47,374 bases of DNA from a virus (IMGVR_UViG_3300032770_000004:1-47374), one strand, 5' to 3'. Shown: positions 9,811 to 18,940, counted from the stretch's first letter. Program-made: numbers and translations. Notes: generated by a model from the letters alone, not told the origin.

Positions 9811-12800
9811 ATGTCAACAGGATTGCTTTTGGATGGAGTTTTTGCTTCTGAGCATATCGATAGCTCTGGCGAGATCTTGGATATCAAAGGCCTAGACATC
9901 ACGGATTTTGACGAGGGCAAAGGTCTTGCTAATTACGAGCACAAAGGTCATGATGGCAATTCTAACGGAGAAGAGATTGTCGGCAAGATAATTTTCGCTC
10001 GCAAGATTTTCAAGCAATCTGATTGTACCAACGAACGGGAGAAGATGTTCTGGGACAAAGTTGGCTTGCCTTTTCTCTATGGTATTGTCCGTTTGTATGA
10101 TGGAGCGGGCCATGAAGGAGCAAAAGCTCTTGCGGCCATCATTCGTGATAGTCACGCCAATGACGAGCCTATCATTGTGGGTTTCAGTATCGAAGGATCA
10201 ACATTAGAGAAAGATTCCAAGACCAATCGATTAGTTCGATGTATTGCACGCAAGGTTGCGCTGACAGTACGTGCTTGTAACAAGATGGCAATTTCCGGCC
10301 TCCTTGCGGATCCAAATGCACCAGAAGGCTACGAGAAATTCCCAGTAAAGCCCGACCTACTTGCTATGGTACCAGTCGCCAAACAGACTATTGCTAAAAA
10401 GTCTGAAGCTGATCCGATGTACATACGTCTTGGCGGAAGTGAAGCCGTCTATGGTTCGGAAATCACCAAGGCCATGACTGCTGGCAGTTACAATGCAGCT
10501 CCTGGTACTTTGAGTGGCGGGGCTGCTCTTCAGGTCGAAGACCGTACACGTAAGGCTCTTGCCATGGCAGCTCTGCGAGATTGGGACAAAGTTACACCTT
10601 TCCGTAAGTTCATCAAGCACCGTATGCCTGATGCCAGCGACGAATTCCTTGACCACTTCTCGGACCTTGTGGAGCGTCACATGTTCCGTGTCAAGAAGGC
10701 AGAAGAAGTCATCACCTCATTGGCAAAGGCTGGCAAACTCAAGTCACCTCGTGAAGCTGGTATCGCAGCTAAGCCCAAGGAAGAGCCGCGCCTTACCATT
10801 CAGGGTCGCGCTGTGCCGAAGTCGATGGTCACCAAAACCACGTTCGATCCAAAGAGTGGACAGCTCTTCACGCCAAAGGGTATCTTTCAGGCTCAGACTC
10901 CAAGCGCAGTTCACCCGCATCTTGCTCGTCACATGCGAGCAAATGGAATGGATCCTTCGCGGTCGGGCCAACTCTTCGCCAATGAAGTTGCCAAATCACG
11001 TGACGCTCACAAACGCGCTATGAATAACTGGTTCAATGTGAATCAGAAATTCGTAAACGGCAATATCGACCCGGGTCTCGTTAGCCACGCGGTCGCATTC
11101 GCTCTGATGTCTCCTGGTGTTCCTGTACCTATGCAGGAAACCATGTACGGCCACTTTGTCGACTCCCTTAAGAGTCGAGGTCTTGCCAGCATCGTCAATC
11201 CAAAGGATTGGGATGCTGTCTACAAGGATTGGATGGCTCGCAACCGTTCTGGTCTTCCTCAGCATAGCCGCCAGCACTTCTTGGATCTCGAAAAAGAAAT
11301 CCGCTCAAAGAACGGCGCCTTCATCGGGTTCAACAAGCCAGATAAATTTGCGGAATACTTTTCTGGTTATTTGAAAGATCATCACAATGACATTGTTGAT
11401 GCCATTCGACAGGCTAAGGGCGATGCCCATCCTGTTGCCCGCCGCCTTACTGAGGTTCGTGGTATCGCTCCTAAGCTTTCTCGTTATCTTCTCGGCATGA
11501 TGGGCGCCGGTAACATGGTTGTTCCTGATACACACTTTACTCGCCATCTGTTTGGCGCTCGCCCCGATGCTCCAGGTTCGCAGCCCGGCTCAAGTCCAGA
11601 CTCTGAATCGCAGAACTATCTGAAGCACGCTCTCCTTGGCACTGGCGGCGCTCACGACGTTCTCGAAGGAATCGATGATTGGTATCTTCGCAATCATGAT
11701 GCAGTGAAGCATCTACTTGCGGATCCAGAAATGGGTCCATACTTCAAGGGTCGCGAGAATCAAGCAATCTTCCCCGCCTTCTGGTCACACTGGATTAGCA
11801 TTCCGGGTCACGAAGCGGCAGTTGGAACTCCTAACCGTTGGGCACAGAATGCAGGTACTGACCATGCGCCCTTCTGGGATGCCGTAGCTCCGATGCTTCA
11901 AAAGAGCGAGAACTACGATGCTGACCTGCCTATGCGTACTGCCATGCAACATCGCCGCTGGGTAGAACAATACGGCCCCGTCCACGCATTGGGCCTCTAT
12001 TACCAGTATCTTGTACCTCGTCTCCAGGCCAACGATGCTTTGCGTGGCCAAGAAATGGTTCGCAAGTTCCAGTCGATTGATGTCGACCTTCGAAAGGCTG
12101 TACGCGAATCAACAACTCCTAATGAAGAGCGCCAGCCTGAGCGGGTGAAGTTCCGTGGCCATACAGTCTCGCCTGGAGAAATGTTCCCACACAAGGATCG
12201 CTCTAAGCGCTTTTCGGTTCTGGGCACTGATCCAAAAGAGTTCACAGTAGTCCCATCCGAAAAGCTACACAGCTATACCCATCAGGATATGCTCAGGATT
12301 CCACGAGCTGAAGCTGGTGACTACCGTATTCTTCGTTACCCTGAAACGCTTGAAGAGCCTCTGGTGGTGAACGCCCTGACACATGGTGTTGGTGAATACA
12401 ATACCCATCCGGAAGTACAGAACCTTGTACACGGCTTCAATTTTGGTTATCCCAAGGAGTCCGCTCTTCAAGGTAGTCGAGCAGAAACTTCTTTCTGGAG
12501 CAAGACTCCTAATGGCCAGCGTGTCTACGTGAAGGCCGCTCCTGAAGAGGGTTCCTTTAACGAAGCCCGCAAGGAAGGTGTTTACTCTGCTCTTGCTCGT
12601 GAATACTTCGGCCTAGGCAAGTACGTGCCTCGTGTCGGAGTAGTGCGCCATCCTAAGACTGGACAGGAACATGCCATCATCGAGCACATGCCTGGAGAAG
12701 AGTTTGCGCCTGAAGATCCAGCACACGAAGGCGTACTCAATAGACTCAACGATTCCGGTGAACTAGATAAGCTGGGTCTCATGGACATGATTATGGGTAA

Positions 12801-13209
12801 CTCCGACCGTAGCAATGAGAATTACCTAGTGGATCCAGAAAACAACACTCTTCGTCTGATTGACCACAACATTCTTTTTGACAACGCTCCTCGTCATACG
12901 GCAACTCCAATGTATTGGTCAGACCACGAGATGAGCAATATGATTCCTTTGGATTCTTCACAGCTACATCCTGCCGCAGTTCAGTGGGCACACTCCCTTA
13001 AGCCTGATGAGCTAGAATCTATGTTGCGCCGTTACGAGGTTCCAGACGAGCTGGTACAAGGAACTAGAAGGAGACTTGAAAAACTTCAGGGACATTTGAA
13101 GCATCGACCGAATTCTGATCGCGAATCTGCGTGGGTGATTCCACAGGCCCTAGCAGACATGCCTGATGACATTCAAGCAAAGTACTCCAATGAACCGGAG
13201 AAAGAATGA
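9811..13209 (+). CDS. Prohead protease fused to HhH-GPD glycosylase-like and PI3/4K/HipA-like kinase domains
   Basis: N-term FASEHIDSSGE..NYEH..GFSIEG..VALT (HK97-type protease); EVRGIAPKLS..VVPDTHFTR (HhH-GPD); VYVK..E..GNSDRSNENYL..LIDHN (kinase). Confidence 0.8.
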   Translation: MSTGLLLDGVFASEHIDSSGEILDIKGLDITDFDEGKGLANYEHKGHDGNSNGEEIVGKIIFARKIFKQSDCTNEREKMFWDKVGLPFLYGIVRLYDGAGHEGAKALAAIIRDSHANDEPIIVGFSIEGSTLEKDSKTNRLVRCIARKVALTVRACNKMAISGLLADPNAPEGYEKFPVKPDLLAMVPVAKQTIAKKSEADPMYIRLGGSEAVYGSEITKAMTAGSYNAAPGTLSGGAALQVEDRTRKALAMAALRDWDKVTPFRKFIKHRMPDASDEFLDHFSDLVERHMFRVKKAEEVITSLAKAGKLKSPREAGIAAKPKEEPRLTIQGRAVPKSMVTKTTFDPKSGQLFTPKGIFQAQTPSAVHPHLARHMRANGMDPSRSGQLFANEVAKSRDAHKRAMNNWFNVNQKFVNGNIDPGLVSHAVAFALMSPGVPVPMQETMYGHFVDSLKSRGLASIVNPKDWDAVYKDWMARNRSGLPQHSRQHFLDLEKEIRSKNGAFIGFNKPDKFAEYFSGYLKDHHNDIVDAIRQAKGDAHPVARRLTEVRGIAPKLSRYLLGMMGAGNMVVPDTHFTRHLFGARPDAPGSQPGSSPDSESQNYLKHALLGTGGAHDVLEGIDDWYLRNHDAVKHLLADPEMGPYFKGRENQAIFPAFWSHWISIPGHEAAVGTPNRWAQNAGTDHAPFWDAVAPMLQKSENYDADLPMRTAMQHRRWVEQYGPVHALGLYYQYLVPRLQANDALRGQEMVRKFQSIDVDLRKAVRESTTPNEERQPERVKFRGHTVSPGEMFPHKDRSKRFSVLGTDPKEFTVVPSEKLHSYTHQDMLRIPRAEAGDYRILRYPETLEEPLVVNALTHGVGEYNTHPEVQNLVHGFNFGYPKESALQGSRAETSFWSKTPNGQRVYVKAAPEEGSFNEARKEGVYSALAREYFGLGKYVPRVGVVRHPKTGQEHAIIEHMPGEEFAPEDPAHEGVLNRLNDSGELDKLGLMDMIMGNSDRSNENYLVDPENNTLRLIDHNILFDNAPRHTATPMYWSDHEMSNMIPLDSSQLHPAAVQWAHSLKPDELESMLRRYEVPDELVQGTRRRLEKLQGHLKHRPNSDRESAWVIPQALADMPDDIQAKYSNEPEKE

Positions 13210-13562
13210 TGGCTACTTCAAGAGCGTACTATCAGCGGAATAAAAAAGCCATCCAAGCCAAAAACGCTGAACGATACAAGAAAAATCGTGAGCGCTACTT
13301 GAACATCACCCTAGTGGCTCATCGTCTACGCAAGTACGGTGTCACCAACGATCAGTATGAGACAATGAAAAGGGATCAGGAAGGCCGTTGCGGAATTTGT
13401 CGAAAAGTGCCTACTGAAACTCTTGAAATAGATCACAATCACACCACTGGCAAGGTACGTAAACTTCTTTGTAAGCGCTGCAATCTCATGATTGGTTACG
13501 CGCTAGAATCCCCCGAAACTCTACGTAACGCTGCCGCATATTTGGAAGGCCACAATGGCTAA
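13206..13562 (+). CDS. Endonuclease VII-family HNH nuclease
   Basis: KYGVT..Y..M...Q.GRCGIC..IDHNHTTGKVRKLLCKRCN. Confidence 0.88.
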   Translation: MMATSRAYYQRNKKAIQAKNAERYKKNRERYLNITLVAHRLRKYGVTNDQYETMKRDQEGRCGICRKVPTETLEIDHNHTTGKVRKLLCKRCNLMIGYALESPETLRNAAAYLEGHNG

Positions 13563-14685
13563 TGAAAACATTTATTACTGTTTCGGAGTTCATCCCCAGC
13601 CCAACGGGGAGATCCATCACACCCTAAAAGGAAAGTTTTTCTTGCGCGATGGACACTTAAGCGTGCTTGAGGACCATGGTCTAGCTCGTGGCATTGATTT
13701 AGAGAAGGTGCCACCTGCTGAAGCTGCTGCTCGTATCCGCAGAATGACCCATAGCCAGAGACGCATGGTGGTGAATGGAGAAGACCTACGTCAAGGCCTA
13801 CATCCTGACCTTTTGGCAACAACTGAGAAACCGCGCGTGATTCCGGGCGACCTTCGAGAAGCCATGGGCAAACAATTCAAAGACCCAGATGATCAGGTCG
13901 CAATGTACGACTACCATCGACATGGCATGCCTGGACCGCAGGTTCTTGAAATCCACGGCTCGAAGGCTTATCTTGATGGACACGAAGTTTCACCGGAAGA
14001 ACTAACAGCGATCATGTCCAACGTCAAGGCCGGGAAAGCCGAAGTACGACACTCACTAGCAAAACACGAAGGCCTGGAAAAGATTGAACCAGACCTAGCG
14101 AATGCGCTTGGCCATGTGCGCTCGGCGGTACAATCAGGTCACGTTCCTCCTGAGGCATACAAACAGCTATCTCGTAGTTTATTTACCGACACGCTGGTGC
14201 CTACTGTCGGAAACAGAAAGGCGTATCAAGATTTTTTGTCAAGACCAAAAAATGGAATCCACGTTCGAATTGACATGAACGATTTTGGTGATGTCAATAA
14301 AGTTCATGGCCATGAAACAGGTAATCAGGCTATCATTGCTGCGTTTCGAGCCGCACGTGAGGCTGCGGATGAGTCCGTAGGCCGTAAAAATGCAAAGCTT
14401 TTTAGGATCGGCGGCGATGAAGGACATCTATTTGTTCCATCTACCGAGCATGCAGCTTCTTTTGCCCGCGCATTTCGTGCCAAGCTCGAAGCAATTCCTT
14501 CGATTCGTGGAACTCATAGCCTAAGCGCAAGCATTGGCTATGGGCGTACGCCACAGACAGCGGAGGAAGCTCTTATTCAGGCAAAGACCCAAAAGAAGGC
14601 TGGGCTTCATCCGAAAGGTCAAGCGCCGAGCTATGTTCAGGCACATCCTGAATTGCTGCCGCCGCAGCTTTCCTTGAAAGGCTGA
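13555..14685 (+). CDS. GGDEF-domain (diguanylate-cyclase-like) protein
   Basis: TDTL..GNRKAY, RIDMNDFGDVNKVHGHETGNQAI, FRIGGDEG, LSASIG. Confidence 0.82.
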   Translation: MANENIYYCFGVHPQPNGEIHHTLKGKFFLRDGHLSVLEDHGLARGIDLEKVPPAEAAARIRRMTHSQRRMVVNGEDLRQGLHPDLLATTEKPRVIPGDLREAMGKQFKDPDDQVAMYDYHRHGMPGPQVLEIHGSKAYLDGHEVSPEELTAIMSNVKAGKAEVRHSLAKHEGLEKIEPDLANALGHVRSAVQSGHVPPEAYKQLSRSLFTDTLVPTVGNRKAYQDFLSRPKNGIHVRIDMNDFGDVNKVHGHETGNQAIIAAFRAAREAADESVGRKNAKLFRIGGDEGHLFVPSTEHAASFARAFRAKLEAIPSIRGTHSLSASIGYGRTPQTAEEALIQAKTQKKAGLHPKGQAPSYVQAHPELLPPQLSLKG

Positions 14686-15523
14686 TATGGTCATTTCCCG
14701 TATACTGTAGAAACTTGCTAGTTTTAGCTGCCATAAATACGTAAATCCGTCCTTGTGGCCGTACTTTGGCATTAGTTTCCTTCTGTGATCTGATCCAATT
14801 AGCGTACTTGGACACCATCTGAAAATTTCCGCAGAATCCAACCGCTTTTTCAGTAACCCACCCATCTCCATCGACACATCCGCGCCAGTAATGGGGCATT
14901 AAGTGATCTGGTCCAGACCAAGGTTGAACTGTGAAGGTTTTATTTGGCGTAATTGAGTAGCGTGCAAGGTCTGAGACCATTTGCTTGTTTCGAAAGGAAA
15001 TTTTGAACAGTTCGTATCTACCCTTGAAGTACCTTTTGATCGGCGCTGAGGATCCGATTGCTTTCCGGAACTTTTCGAGGTGCTCGCGATCCTTCAGGTT
15101 GATTTGGATACGTGAACCATAGACGTTTCCGTCTGTTGCGATAAAACCGAGCCAGTACGCTTTTTCTGGTGTATCGATTAGTGAAAAGAAATTCTGATTC
15201 ACAAGGAATCGCTTGTAGCCTGGGTCTCGTTTCACAACACCCATCGCAGTTAGTTTTCTGTGGACAGTGGCATAGCTTGCCCCGATTTTGCGGGCAATTT
15301 TCATAATACTTTCGCCCTGTGCATATCGACTTCGTACCTTTTTGGCAGTGGAGTCTGAAATCGAGCAAGGGCGCCCAAGCGGTCTCCCTGTTCGAATTTT
15401 TTCTAGTGTACATTCTTTGCATTGAGATCGACCCAAGTAGAAGTCGTCACGTAAGCTCAGGATATATTTACACTTCGAACACTGTTTTAGATCTAATTGT
15501 TTGTTGATCAATAGTTTGGCCAT
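14573..15523 (-). CDS. LAGLIDADG homing endonuclease with N-terminal Zn-finger and HTH
   Basis: CSKC..CKEC, HTH (IMKIARKIGASYATVHRKL), YWLGFIATDG and YWRGCVDGDG. Confidence 0.88.
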   Translation of the reverse strand: MAKLLINKQLDLKQCSKCKYILSLRDDFYLGRSQCKECTLEKIRTGRPLGRPCSISDSTAKKVRSRYAQGESIMKIARKIGASYATVHRKLTAMGVVKRDPGYKRFLVNQNFFSLIDTPEKAYWLGFIATDGNVYGSRIQINLKDREHLEKFRKAIGSSAPIKRYFKGRYELFKISFRNKQMVSDLARYSITPNKTFTVQPWSGPDHLMPHYWRGCVDGDGWVTEKAVGFCGNFQMVSKYANWIRSQKETNAKVRPQGRIYVFMAAKTSKFLQYTGNDHISLSRKAAAAAIQDVPEHSSALDLSDEAQPSFGSLPE

Positions 15524-15544
15524 GGTGCCCCTCTGATCCGAAAT

Positions 15545-15561
15545 AGATTACGTTGTAATCT
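15545..15561. promoter_or_regulatory. Back-to-back GTAATCT motifs (AGATTAC-gtt-GTAATCT), candidate divergent late promoters
   Basis: Inverted repeat between divergent genes 15523(-) and 15614(+). Confidence 0.55.
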
Positions 15562-15613
15562 CACTTGTTGTCCAGGTTTTCAAAACCACTTTTCCCGTAA
15601 GGAGAACACTTAA

Positions 15614-16054
15614 ATGTCCGCTAAGAGCCTTAATGAAGCCCAGGAAGCCCAGAACGCGCTGTCGAAGCGCTTTGCTACCGTTGGTGCTGTTTCGTTTGAC
15701 ACCGATGGCGAGCCGTACTTCCTGATCGGCGCCGGTACCGCTGGTACCCAGTCGGCTATTGTCAAGTACAAGACCTATCAGCCCCTCGGCGTTGATGGTG
15801 TCGGTCTCACTCCTCGCGCATTCACTCCCGTGACTTGCCAAGTAGTTCTTGAGACTTCTACCATCGCTAACACCCCGCTTCTTACGGGCGCTAACGACAT
15901 CGCTCTCCTTGGTGAACTTGCTCACCGCGGCAACCGCATCGAGCTGTATATGACTGCGAACACCACTGCTGTCAGCACTGCTGGCATCACGACCGCTAAC
16001 CTCAAGGCTACATTCGACCCGGATCTCAAGTACAAGCTGATGGATTCGCAGTAA
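15614..16054 (+). CDS. Putative head structural/decoration protein
   Basis: Strong SD AAGGAG; T/A/G-rich; precedes scaffold and capsid genes. Confidence 0.6.
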   Translation: MSAKSLNEAQEAQNALSKRFATVGAVSFDTDGEPYFLIGAGTAGTQSAIVKYKTYQPLGVDGVGLTPRAFTPVTCQVVLETSTIANTPLLTGANDIALLGELAHRGNRIELYMTANTTAVSTAGITTANLKATFDPDLKYKLMDSQ

Positions 16055-16088
16055 TAGGTTCATCAACTACCAACTGGAGATTTTATCC

Positions 16089-17141
16089 ATGGCAAAGACT
16101 AATTTCAAAGACGAAGAGCTTCGCAGTGTCATTGCAGAAATGGCAGAACAGCTCGAAGGCGCATGGCAGACCTCAAAGCAGGAATTGCTCGCAAAGGCAG
16201 TTCCCGAAGAGTCTGACGACAAGGCGCCTGTAGATCCTAGCTCGTCGGATTCGTCTGCTCCCGCTTCGGACCCTGCTACCGCTGGTCCTGGCCCTGATGC
16301 TGGCGATGCTTCTGCTGCTCCTGCATCGGATGCCTCTGCTCCTGCAAGTGCGGATCCTGCCGCCGATGCAGCCCCACTGACTCCTGAGGCTCTACAGGCT
16401 GAGTATTCTCAGCTCGCGCCCGAGGAACTCGATATGCACATCAAGGCCGCTCTCGCTGCCAAGGAAGCTCTCGCTGCTTCGGCCTCGGCCGTTGCTCCTG
16501 ATGCTGCCTCGGCGGGCGCTCCTCCGATGGCTATGAAGGCTGAAATCGGTGGTCATGAGACCAGCGAGTCGGCTGTTTCGGAAGACACTGTCGATAAGGG
16601 CGAATGGAGTGAATCTTCTTCGTCGTCCGTTGGAAAGGCTGAAATCGGTGGTCATGAGACCAGCGAGTCGGCTGTTTCGGAAGACACTGTCGATAAGGGT
16701 GAGATGAGCGAATCGTCTTCTTCTTCGTCGTCCGTTGGAAAGGCTGAGCTGATTTCTTCGCACAAGAAGGCATCGGGTGGCCAGATGGTCAAGAAGTCTG
16801 AAAAGGCTGTTGATCCTCGCGACGCTAAGATTGCTGAGCTTGAAAGTCTTGTTAAGACCCAAGCCGGAGACATCCAGAATTTGACCAGCGCTGTGAAGAT
16901 GGTTCTTGAACGCCCCGAGCGCAAGGCTATCACCACAATCGCCGCTCTTTCGAAGCACGAAGCGCCCGACCAGGGCAAGAAAGAGTTCACTGCTGCGGAA
17001 GCGCGCGAGTACATTACCTCGCTCGCCCCGCGACTCAACAAGGCTGAGCGCGAACTAATGTTCGACTTTTACGGTGGAAAGGTAAAGGCCGACAAGCTCG
17101 CTCCCATCTTTGAGAAGTACAACGCCTCACCCAAGAAGTAA
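16089..17141 (+). CDS. Capsid scaffolding protein
   Basis: Acidic, low-complexity and coiled-coil; directly upstream of capsid gene; internal repeat. Confidence 0.7.
   Translation: MAKTNFKDEELRSVIAEMAEQLEGAWQTSKQELLAKAVPEESDDKAPVDPSSSDSSAPASDPATAGPGPDAGDASAAPASDASAPASADPAADAAPLTPEALQAEYSQLAPEELDMHIKAALAAKEALAASASAVAPDAASAGAPPMAMKAEIGGHETSESAVSEDTVDKGEWSESSSSSVGKAEIGGHETSESAVSEDTVDKGEMSESSSSSSSVGKAELISSHKKASGGQMVKKSEKAVDPRDAKIAELESLVKTQAGDIQNLTSAVKMVLERPERKAITTIAALSKHEAPDQGKKEFTAAEAREYITSLAPRLNKAERELMFDFYGGKVKADKLAPIFEKYNASPKK
16536..16747 (+). repeat. In-frame tandem repeat (99/105-bp units) in scaffold gene
   Basis: KAEIGGHETSESAVSEDTVDKGE-x-SESSSS-VG repeated; units start at 16536 and 16635, partial at 16740. 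Confidence 0.9.
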
Positions 17142-17171
17142 TCAAACTTTCCTGCTGAAGGAGATAATACA

Positions 17172-18566
17172 ATGATCGGATCTGAAGTTACACAGGCTCT
17201 GCTTAAGGCACTCGAAGCAGGCTCTTACAATGCCGCCCCCCAGACCCTGGTTCAGGGCTCTTCGCTGCAAATCGAGGATCTCTCGGGCGTGATGCAGCTG
17301 GTCACTTTTGATGACTCGCACATCAAGCTCCAGAAGATGCTTAAGGTCGAGTCTTGCAAGAGCACTCTTGCTCAGTTCGATCGTCAGCTGAGCTACGGTA
17401 TCTTTGGTGGTTCTGCCCAGCAAGAAGGTGCAGTTGGACAGGAAGAAGACAGCCAGTTCGTACGTATCGTGGTCCCCATGGCCTTCTACTCGCACGTTCG
17501 TCGTGTGACTGTAGTTGCCAACATGGTTCAGACCGTCGATGGTGTGAAGGCTGAAGACCGTGCCGCTCGCGACGCTGCTATCAAGCTCTCGGCTGATATC
17601 GAATTCGACCTTTTCCGTGGAAAGGCCGACTTCAGCAACGCAGGCGTGTTCGACGGTAACATGAGCGTAATTCCCGCTCTGCCCAACATTCTCGGTCTGG
17701 ATGCCCAGATTCGTATGTCGGACAGCGAGCGCAACGCTCAGGACTTGATGTTCGCAGAGTACGGCTCGTCTCAGACTGCCGTCACCCAGGTTGGTTCGAC
17801 TCTGACCCAGGATGCTATCGAAGACTCGCACGTCAAGAGCACCATGCAGCACGGTAACGCTGATCGCCTCCTGGTTGATCCTCTCGTTCTGTCTGCATAC
17901 AACAAGATTTCGTTCGGTAAGGAACGCATCGTTCTCGCTGGTTCGCCTCAGGACGCTACGTCTGCTGAACTGAAGCGCCAGTGGGTGTCTGGTGGTACTG
18001 TTTCGATTGAAGCCTCGCGCTTCCTCTCGGGCAAGACCTCGCCTGCTGCTCCTCGCTCCAATGGTCCCGGTGCCTGTGTTTCGGCTGTAGGCGCTAACTC
18101 GCCTGCCGGTACTTCGCTCGGAGCTGGTGCGTATTACTACGCCGCTACCGCCGTGAATGAACTGGGTGAAAGCCCGGCCGTGTTCAGCTCGGTAGTGAAC
18201 GCTTCCGCCGGAGATCAGGTGCAGTTGACCATTACTCCTCCTGGTTCGGGCACTGTGCGTTACTTCAACGTGTACCGCACCAAGGCTGGTGGTGCTGCTT
18301 CGAGCGCCAAGTTCATCGGTCGTATTGCTAACTCCGGTTCGGCAACTACCGTGTTCGTCGACTTGGGCAACAAGCTCCCTGGCTTCGTCACTGGATTCCT
18401 CGTTCAGGGTGACACTATGGCGATGAAGGAACTCTCTCCTTACAGCCGCATGAAGCTCGCTGTTACGGATCTCAGCCTGCCTGAAGCGCACTTCCGCTTC
18501 TGCACTCTCGCCGTAATGCAGCCCCGCAAGAACGTCCTTCTGGACAACCTCATCGGCGCGTTCTAA
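17172..18566 (+). CDS. Major capsid protein (HK97 fold) with FN3/Ig-like insertion
   Basis: 464 aa, highly biased codons, strong SD; N-term KALEAG..SLQIEDL like SPO1/Twort-type capsids; YYYAATAVNELGES..YFNVYRT insertion; followed by terminator. Confidence 0.85.
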   Translation: MIGSEVTQALLKALEAGSYNAAPQTLVQGSSLQIEDLSGVMQLVTFDDSHIKLQKMLKVESCKSTLAQFDRQLSYGIFGGSAQQEGAVGQEEDSQFVRIVVPMAFYSHVRRVTVVANMVQTVDGVKAEDRAARDAAIKLSADIEFDLFRGKADFSNAGVFDGNMSVIPALPNILGLDAQIRMSDSERNAQDLMFAEYGSSQTAVTQVGSTLTQDAIEDSHVKSTMQHGNADRLLVDPLVLSAYNKISFGKERIVLAGSPQDATSAELKRQWVSGGTVSIEASRFLSGKTSPAAPRSNGPGACVSAVGANSPAGTSLGAGAYYYAATAVNELGESPAVFSSVVNASAGDQVQLTITPPGSGTVRYFNVYRTKAGGAASSAKFIGRIANSGSATTVFVDLGNKLPGFVTGFLVQGDTMAMKELSPYSRMKLAVTDLSLPEAHFRFCTLAVMQPRKNVLLDNLIGAF

Positions 18567-18590
18567 TCAGTAACGTAGCCTAAAAAGTTC

Positions 18591-18624
18591 AAGCCCCTGG
18601 AGAGATCCGGGGGCTTTTCTTTTT
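18591..18624 (+). terminator. Rho-independent terminator
   Basis: AAGCCCCTGGA-gaga-TCCGGGGGCTT followed by T-tract. Confidence 0.9.
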
Positions 18625-18628
18625 GGTG

Positions 18629-18657
18629 TTGACATTCCGGATTTGTAGGTGTACATT
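18629..18657 (+). promoter_or_regulatory. sigma70-type promoter TTGACA-17-TACATT (leaderless)
   Basis: ATG at 18665, 7 nt after -10. Confidence 0.75.
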
Positions 18658-18664
18658 TAGCACC

Positions 18665-18940
18665 ATGACCGACACCAAGCGTCAGAGCGGTAACGAAGTG
18701 AAAAAGGCTGTCGCGAACTCTCGCGTCAAGAGCGTGAAGTGGTGCGGCCGGTACTGGTACGTGGTGGTGGATGTTCAGGGAGTGGACACCGATGCAAACG
18801 CTGATCAGGTGACGCGAGATGTCCGCAAGGCCTGTGGAGCAGGTGACTGGTCGCGACGTGATGGTGAAGCAGGTGGGCATGACCACCGAGACTTTCAAGC
18901 GCTGCAAGACTTCGTACGATTTCTAGCAAGCCCCTGTTGA
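18665..18940 (+). CDS. Hypothetical protein
   Basis: ORF directly after promoter. Confidence 0.6.
   Translation: MTDTKRQSGNEVKKAVANSRVKSVKWCGRYWYVVVDVQGVDTDANADQVTRDVRKACGAGDWSRRDGEAGGHDHRDFQALQDFVRFLASPC

Noticed and set aside
17142-18491. 449-aa minus-strand ORF (also 6352-7287, 16392-16958, 32575-33120)
   Set aside because: Antisense shadows of strongly codon-biased plus-strand genes, with no motifs or SD
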